Part shown: positions 58,224 to 64,000 of the stretch, in pieces
Position numbering within the stretch: position 1 is the first letter of the stretch
How the letters are laid out: every line of letters begins with the position of its first letter
IMG/VR virus record: IMGVR_UViG_3300045988_116681
Coordinates: 48,632 to 112,631 of that record
Reading direction: 5' to 3' (one strand)
Origin: a virus
Length of the DNA stretch: 64,000 nt
The notes under the pieces: model-generated
Databases searched by the model: none
What the model saw: the letters and a program-made list of their open reading frames with translations, nothing else
Told to the model about the DNA's origin: nothing
Position numbers and translations under genes: made by a program

Positions 58224-58339
58224 TACAAGCGTGATTTTGGATTTCGATTTTCTAAATCGTTTTGTATATATCCATACAAAAAAATTCTGTTTTCCGTTGA
58301 TTTCTGCATATATACAGCGTTTAGGCGTGAAAATTGTTT

Positions 58340-59260
58340 AATTTTTGGATGTGGCATTTCATCCGATAGATACACACAAGCGCAAAACACAAGCAGAACC
58401 ACCATTATATATATCTATCCATATACGCGCAAGCAGACCACCACCACCACCATACAAGCCACAAGCGCATTATATAGATACATATATACACCACCACACC
58501 AACACCACACGACACGGAATAAACCTTGATACATCCATACACAAGCAAACCACCAGCCAGCGCCACAACCACCACACAAGCACGAGAACGCGCCACAATC
58601 ACGCGCCACATCATCAGTATATAAATTATATATCTATAGCACTAAAGCCAGTACGCGCCATCCTCACGTCAAAAGCAGATAACAGCGCAAACCAGCACGG
58701 CACAAGCCACACCAACACCAACACCAACAGCACGACACGAACGCGCAAACCGTCCTATCATCAGCCGACAACATGGTAAACACTTATAAAACGCGCCACA
58801 ATCGCACGATAACGCACAAGGTAAAACTACACTACCGAGCACGGAAAAGCGATTACAGCGCATTGTAACACGAGTACACCATATATCAACAGACAACAGC
58901 GCACAACACAACACAAACGACACGAGCAGACCGAACCGAAAGCAGACCGACAAGCAGACCGAACCAACAGCACGAGAACGCCACAAGCCAACACAGCACA
59001 AGCCACAAGCGGAACACAATATCTATATATCTATATACATACAATAGCGCACGCACGACAAGCCAGCACGCGCCAGCACAAGCGCATTATCGCGGGGAAA
59101 ATGCGCCACACTAACGCGCACGCAATATATACATATATATAATAGCTATCGCCCGCGCTCCGTCCGTCCGTCTGCGTTTCGTCCGTCCGCGCCCGCCCGC
59201 GCAAGTGTATGTATATGATATTACGGGGAATTTTTGATGCGCTAATACGCGCACGCTACA
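58340..59260. repeat. A+C-rich, strand-asymmetric degenerate repeat island punctuated by (TA)n blocks
   Basis: The plus strand is almost free of G and T outside its TATATA islands. Recurring units include CACGAGAACGCGCC, ACAAGCGCATTAT and CCACCACC. The only ORFs are low-complexity artefacts. Confidence 0.8.
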
Positions 59261-59280
59261 CGCGCACGCCCATATAATGA

Positions 59281-59366
59281 GTATTCCTATCGGAATAGTA
59301 GGAATTTAACGCTTTATCACTTTAGCACGATAAAACGATGAAATAACCCAGTATTCATATAGGAAT
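59281..59366. repeat. palindromic boxes GTATTCCTATCGGAAT / GTATTCATATAGGAAT, each followed by AGTAGGAATT
   Basis: Two copies 70 bp apart; homologous to the module at 53940-54050. Confidence 0.8.
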
Positions 59367-59704
59367 AGTAGGAATTGAAGTTAGTCGCTGTTAACTCCTA
59401 CCTGTTCACTATGAGTTACCTCTTACTAACTCCCACCTTCACAATAGGAATTAAAATCATACTAAACCAATAGGAATACAGGGCAAAAAGCAATCCCTAT
59501 AAACACAATAGGAATATAGAGATATACAAGCGATTGCATAAAGTTAAACCGTCTTGTGATACCAGACAACAACGGCATAGCAAGACGGCGTAAACAGCGC
59601 GTGAGAATACGCTATAATCGCGTTTTATGGGTATGGGTATATAACTATATACCCACAAGCTAAAATGCAGTACGGCGCATCCTGACGCGAAATAGCGATA
59701 GACA

Positions 59705-59732
59705 CGAAAAAAAGAGGGCTTTAGCGCCCTCT
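59705..59732 (-). terminator. intrinsic terminator
   Basis: AGAGGGC-gctaaa-GCCCTCT followed by T7 on the minus strand. Confidence 0.65.
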
Positions 59733-59897
59733 TCTCCCATTGTATCGTGCTCGCGCTTTGCGGACTCTTGCCAGCCTTGCGTGCTCCTCTGCCTTGCACA
59801 TCAACAGTACGCAAGCAATCACTCCCAACATAACGGGCGCGCCTACAATGAGTCTGTCAGCCAAATTAAACCAGTCAAACACTGTAAATCCCTCCCA

Positions 59898-60185
59898 TCA
59901 GTCCATAGCGACAGCGAGTAAAACGCGGTCATCCTCGATGTTATCCGTGCCGTTAGTGTCAAATACGACAGCATACAGCCGCGATGCATCCAGAGCGCCA
60001 TACACGCCCCAGATATTACCATCTTCAGTCTGAATGTACATCAGGCCGCGGTCACTGGAAACGATTTCGGCGGCGTGCGATACTCGGATGCAGTCATCAC
60101 TCCACACAACGGGAGCGGTAGAAGCTGGAATATTGCCAGCCAAAAGAGCGGATACGATAGATGCACAGATACCAAAATTTAACAT
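59898..60185 (-). CDS. hypothetical secreted or membrane-anchored protein
   Basis: N-terminal hydrophobic segment, GAGGAGGT SD, and locally elevated GC. Confidence 0.55.
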   Translation of the reverse strand: MLNFGICASIVSALLAGNIPASTAPVVWSDDCIRVSHAAEIVSSDRGLMYIQTEDGNIWGVYGALDASRLYAVVFDTNGTDNIEDDRVLLAVAMD

Positions 60186-60188
60186 TTT

Positions 60189-60404
60189 TCAGACCTCCTC
60201 AGAATTGACCATTTCAGCGACTTCTTCGAGCGCGCCGATTGCTCCGCTTGCGCGTGTAATCTGGTCACGCCAGTAATCGGCGTTCGCACTGTTATCCATT
60301 GCAATAGCCGCATCAAGTTCACAATTTGCCAGTGCCAGCCATTCGCGCTTTTCTCCCAGCACATAACCGAGCGCATATACTGCATTTTTTTCCATTTTAG
60401 TCAT
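60189..60404 (-). CDS. hypothetical protein
   Basis: ATG at 60404 follows GAAGGGAG. Confidence 0.5.
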   Translation of the reverse strand: MTKMEKNAVYALGYVLGEKREWLALANCELDAAIAMDNSANADYWRDQITRASGAIGALEEVAEMVNSEEV

Positions 60405-60453
60405 TTCAAAAACTCCCTTCAAAATTTCGGTATTGTTTTCTTTCGATGTTTTA

Positions 60454-60482
60454 ATTATAGCGACTCATTGCTATAATTGCAA
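60454..60482 (-). promoter_or_regulatory. sigma-A-type promoter (leftward member of a divergent pair)
   Basis: TTGCAA-17-TATAAT. Confidence 0.6.
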
Positions 60483-60551
60483 GACTTTTTTATTCGTCAA
60501 TTTATACAAAAAGACTTCATATATTTTTACACTTATAAATATAACTTTATC

Positions 60552-60580
60552 TTGACTTTTATTATAAACTATGATATAAT
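60552..60580 (+). promoter_or_regulatory. sigma-A-type promoter on the plus strand
   Basis: TTGACT-17-TATAAT. It is the only strong plus-strand promoter I found. Confidence 0.6.
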
Positions 60581-61402
60581 CGCGCGCGCCCGTTTCCATA
60601 TCATTACAAGAAGTTATTATTGATACTTTATATCAATAGGTATTCCAATTCCTGTAAATAACTTGTCAATAGCAATTCTACACAATATCACGTCATCAAT
60701 CTTGTGTACTTTACCTATTGACGGAAAATTACTGATAACTCATATCATTAAGAGTATAGATAGCCGTATTTGGCGCGAGAATCACTCAGAATCGTTTCTA
60801 AACCTCAAACGTGAAATTATATTCGGATTTTCTGAAAAGCGACCGTGACGCGATTCGTCAAAATCAGCGCTTCATTTTTGTATACTTTGCCTATTGAATG
60901 TGCAAATTCCGTGCTATTTAGTAATGTTATACAAAAGCAGGACTTTATATTTGTTACTATTGCACAAGCAACTGAAGATAAAGAACATCATGAATGATAA
61001 TAAACATTTGAATATATGAATGTACAATATGATATTCGATATTCAATATCATACACGATATGCAATAACTACAGGAAAGCAATAGATACTAAATGGATAC
61101 ACTTTATCAAACTAAAACATACAATTAAAGTATACAATTCTAATAATGAATACTGTTTTAGTATATGATTATTGTATGTTATGCAGTGATGGTATATGTT
61201 TACTGATATAGTATATGTTGCTTTACTATGATACTATGCTATTGCTATACTTAACTAAAGTATACTATAGTTGTATACGTTCATATGCTGACGCTATACT
61301 ATACTATATCAGTACACATTAAACATATACTAAATGAGTATACAATGAATGAATACTATCATAGTACACATTCATTAAACGTATACAATATAAGTACACA
61401 TT

Positions 61403-61995
61403 GAAGGGAGGAAGGGAGGCGATGGATATATATACAATATGATGAATAAAGAGAAGGTGACAAGGTGATAGAAGGGAAGGATGGTTGAAGGTGGTTTGCG
61501 ATGTGATGAGATGTAGAGATGGAAGCTATATAACAGGGAGAAGATGATACACACGGGTACGTTGTTAGGTGAAAAGTGAGGGATTTATACCAGAAAAGAA
61601 AAAAATCGTAATATACACGCGCGAGAAGTTGCAAAACACGACATTTTCAACAGTTACCATATTCCTTGTATTCCGATAGGTTTAGTAGGAATTGCTTTAT
61701 ATCCCAGCTTTCCGATAGGAATATAGGGGGAGGGTATTAGATTTACCATATAATCACAATTAGTCGGTGCTGATTGGTAACATTTTCCATTCTGTAGAGG
61801 GGGTAAATTCTGGATGAAGAACCATTTTTTGGAACTTTTTTCGGCATTAGTCCTCACCATCACACCACCCCTAATCACTCCCATTTCCACCATATTTTAC
61901 CACCCCTTTCCCTCCTCTTTCCCCTTCCATTCATCCCTCTTCCTCACCCATTCCCACACCCATCCACCAGCCTTCCCTTTCTCTATCCCAATCGG
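61403..61995. repeat. purine-rich arm (61403-61590) and pyrimidine-rich arm (61851-61995) forming a long imperfect inverted repeat around a box-containing core
   Basis: For example, GATAGAAGGGAAGGATGG.. compared with the reverse complement GATAGAGAAAGGGAAGGCTGG... The core carries TTCCGATAGGAAT boxes. Confidence 0.6.
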
Positions 61996-62292
61996 TCATT
62001 TTCGCCATTTTTAACCCTTCAAATTTCCCCTTAAAATTCCGTCACATTTTTATAGGGAGTTTTCACCTATATTCACACATTTTTATAGCGACTTTCAAAA
62101 AGTTAATAAAATGTTTACAATTTATTCATATTGTTATAATAAGTTTGTGATAGTGTTATAATGTGCGTCAAAGTATACCAAAATAGTATATATTCAGATT
62201 ACGTTAATTTGCGTTGTTCAGACAACAAAAATATACCTAAAATTATCCGTGGTTTTCCGTGAGTTTTAAGGAGTGGTAGAACCGTTAAGAAT

Positions 62293-62413
62293 TTTTGGAC
62301 AAAAAATGTATATATAACAAGGGCTATGATATATATACAAAAAATGTCCAAAAATTAAAATGGCTTTAGCCAGTATAGGTAATACGACATATTTTGTCTT
62401 ATGTCCAAAAATT
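62293..62413 (+). promoter_or_regulatory. three copies of TGTCCAAAAA(TT) (one inverted) around the start of the plus-strand gene; candidate operator sites
   Basis: Copies at 62293-62302 (inverted), 62345-62356 and 62402-62413. Confidence 0.5.
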
Positions 62414-63528
62414 TAGAAGGGGGTTTCTATGTGAGAGAACCAAAAAAGAATCCAATAGAAAGTATGAAAGGAGAAGAATTAGAAAAGTTTATTAGTAACT
62501 TGAGAAAGATACAAGGTCAGCCGTTATCTTATTCTAAACTATGTGAAGCATTGAATTTGCCGAAGAAGTCCAGTAATTCTAAAACAGCGCAATTAAATGA
62601 CCTAAAGGTTATCTGTAATTTTGATATTAGTTCCAGCCCAACTCGATATACTATTACAGAAGTATTTAGCTATTTGCAACCGTGTATGGATTTCTTAAAT
62701 TCTAATGTCATGCGGATTCAGTTGTCTATGGAATCAGCGCTCTTTCAAGCGTTCTTAAATAACAATGGTAAGAGTTTGTATCTATCTAACATGGAATTGC
62801 TAAAGACTGTTGGAGCAGTTAATGAGAATTTCGCTTACTGTATTGATTATAAGGCATTAAACAAAATTGATAAGAACCTGCTTTATATGTCAGATATGGT
62901 TATGCCAGTTTATCGTTTGCTATCGGTTTGGGTTAAAAGAAAGATTGAAAAGATGGTTATTCGTGGAACGTTCCATACAGGGTTCGGCTTTAGGTTATAT
63001 CGTTATCATAGAGGACAGTATGGTATGTATATAACCAAACATGATGTGCCGAGAGAAACCGAACTAAATAAAGAATGTATGGCGCTGTTCAATCAAGCTG
63101 TTAATCATTGTTTGCCAAGAAGCTGGGGAGGAGAATGGGTTTCAATCAAGACCTGGGAGAACTTTGAAAAGTACCTTGATGAAATTACCAGTGAATATTT
63201 TGAAGGTAAGGGCGATTATTATAAACTTCGGCGCATCACTATCTATGAACCATCTAAAGATGAATGGATTCTACAACAACTAAAGAATGTAAATGAGCAA
63301 CTTAATGCCTTACAAGAAGTTAATAGCAAGTCTAAGTCGAAAATTCTTACAGGTAAACATATTGGTATTACTTATGATAAGCAAGGTGACGAAGTTATTG
63401 ATAGCGACTTTACTATTATGCAACGTGATAAATTTGTAGATTATAATATTGATTTGCACCCACCAGTTATTTTCAAAGAAGTGTTAAAGCAAATTAACTA
63501 TTTAGAGTCGCTAAAAGAAAAGGAATAA
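62401..63528 (+). CDS. hypothetical protein (the only plus-strand gene)
   Basis: 375-aa ORF. An alternative GTG start at 62431 lies 7 nt after GAAGGGGG. No family recognised. Confidence 0.65.
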   Translation: MSKNLEGGFYVREPKKNPIESMKGEELEKFISNLRKIQGQPLSYSKLCEALNLPKKSSNSKTAQLNDLKVICNFDISSSPTRYTITEVFSYLQPCMDFLNSNVMRIQLSMESALFQAFLNNNGKSLYLSNMELLKTVGAVNENFAYCIDYKALNKIDKNLLYMSDMVMPVYRLLSVWVKRKIEKMVIRGTFHTGFGFRLYRYHRGQYGMYITKHDVPRETELNKECMALFNQAVNHCLPRSWGGEWVSIKTWENFEKYLDEITSEYFEGKGDYYKLRRITIYEPSKDEWILQQLKNVNEQLNALQEVNSKSKSKILTGKHIGITYDKQGDEVIDSDFTIMQRDKFVDYNIDLHPPVIFKEVLKQINYLESLKEKE

Positions 63529-63535
63529 GCAAAAG

Positions 63536-63568
63536 AAAAAGACCTTGAATAATATCAAGGTCTTTAAC
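63536..63568. terminator. bidirectional intrinsic terminator between convergent genes
   Basis: AGACCTTGA-ataata-TCAAGGTCT flanked by an A run and a T run. Confidence 0.7.
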
Positions 63569-63591
63569 ATTAGTCCGTCATCGTTATTTAT

Positions 63592-63951
63592 TTATTCGAG
63601 CGTTCCTATTTCAATAGATGTATAATAATCATTTAGATTTAAGCGATTTTGGTCATTATCGTACATTGTTATATTTACATAACTATTATCGGTAGATCTC
63701 TTGAATCGCGTCCAAACCGTATTATTATAAGGCTCTGGATAGAAGCAAAACCAATACTTATTAGCAGTTGGGTCAGTACAGAAAGCGCAAATAATAGAAA
63801 TTAAATTGTTTTTTGTCACAACTTTAATATACTTATTAATTATGTTTGTATAAAAAGTATAATCTGTATTATATAAATCTGCTGTTTGTTCAGTCTTAAA
63901 CACCAAACTTCCCTCTGGCTTTTCAATCTTACCAACAACAATAGCATTCAT
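63592..63951 (-). CDS. family A small protein
   Basis: MNAIVVGKIEKPEG....IEIGTLE. ATG at 63951 in a TGATG context. Confidence 0.65.
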   Translation of the reverse strand: MNAIVVGKIEKPEGSLVFKTEQTADLYNTDYTFYTNIINKYIKVVTKNNLISIICAFCTDPTANKYWFCFYPEPYNNTVWTRFKRSTDNSYVNITMYDNDQNRLNLNDYYTSIEIGTLE

Positions 63952-63992
63952 CAATAATCACCACCTTTCGGCAGTTGATTACTTAACCAATG

Positions 63993-64000
63993 CCCCCCCC
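63993..64000 (-). repeat. G homopolymer of at least 8 nt, cut by the window edge
   Basis: The plus strand ends ..AATGCCCCCCCC. Confidence 0.9.

Noticed and set aside
58345-59019. ORFs 58345..58779 (+), 58405..58614 (-), 58415..58609 (-) and 58669..59019 (-)
   Set aside because: Their translations are extreme low-complexity sequences (poly-T/H/P or C/V/G-rich) generated by the A+C-skewed repeat island. None has an SD.

Overview
The window looks like a segment of a large virulent-type phage of a low-GC Gram-positive (S-layer-bearing Firmicute) host. Almost every gene is on the minus strand, packed into operons with GGAGG-type ribosome-binding sites and ATGA/TAATG stop-start overlaps. At least 21 near-consensus sigma-A promoters (TTGACA-17-TG.TACAAT) face the same direction. 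Recognisable modules are: nucleotide metabolism (a ThyX-like gene, nrdD/nrdG, dCMP deaminase); three DNA methyltransferases; replication and recombination (RecD-like helicase, DnaE, DnaB, primase, Sak4-like ATPase, SSB-like protein, RecJ/DHH); lysis (holin, amidase, 3D-domain hydrolase, SLH glycosidase); a tail-fibre-like gene; a tyrosine recombinase; a phage sigma factor; five tRNAs plus one tRNA-like element; and a promoter-rich early region (52-62 kb) full of non-coding repeats. Selfish elements are abundant: three NUMOD4/HNH endonucleases, a probable group I intron in nrdD, a LAGLIDADG intein inside the endolysin, and an IscB-omegaRNA element. The most unusual feature is a set of 13 G/C homopolymers, 7-9 nt long, with similar flanks. 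Three lie in the 5' ends of the three methyltransferase genes. Ten lie in short SD-bearing leader ORFs upstream of two paralogous families of small genes, which I call A and B. Tract length decides where each leader ORF terminates: on the start codon of B, on the start codon of A after crossing all of B in a stop-free -1 frame (4 of 4 loci), or prematurely. I read this as a candidate homopolymer-driven frame-selector system, and I do not know of a described equivalent.
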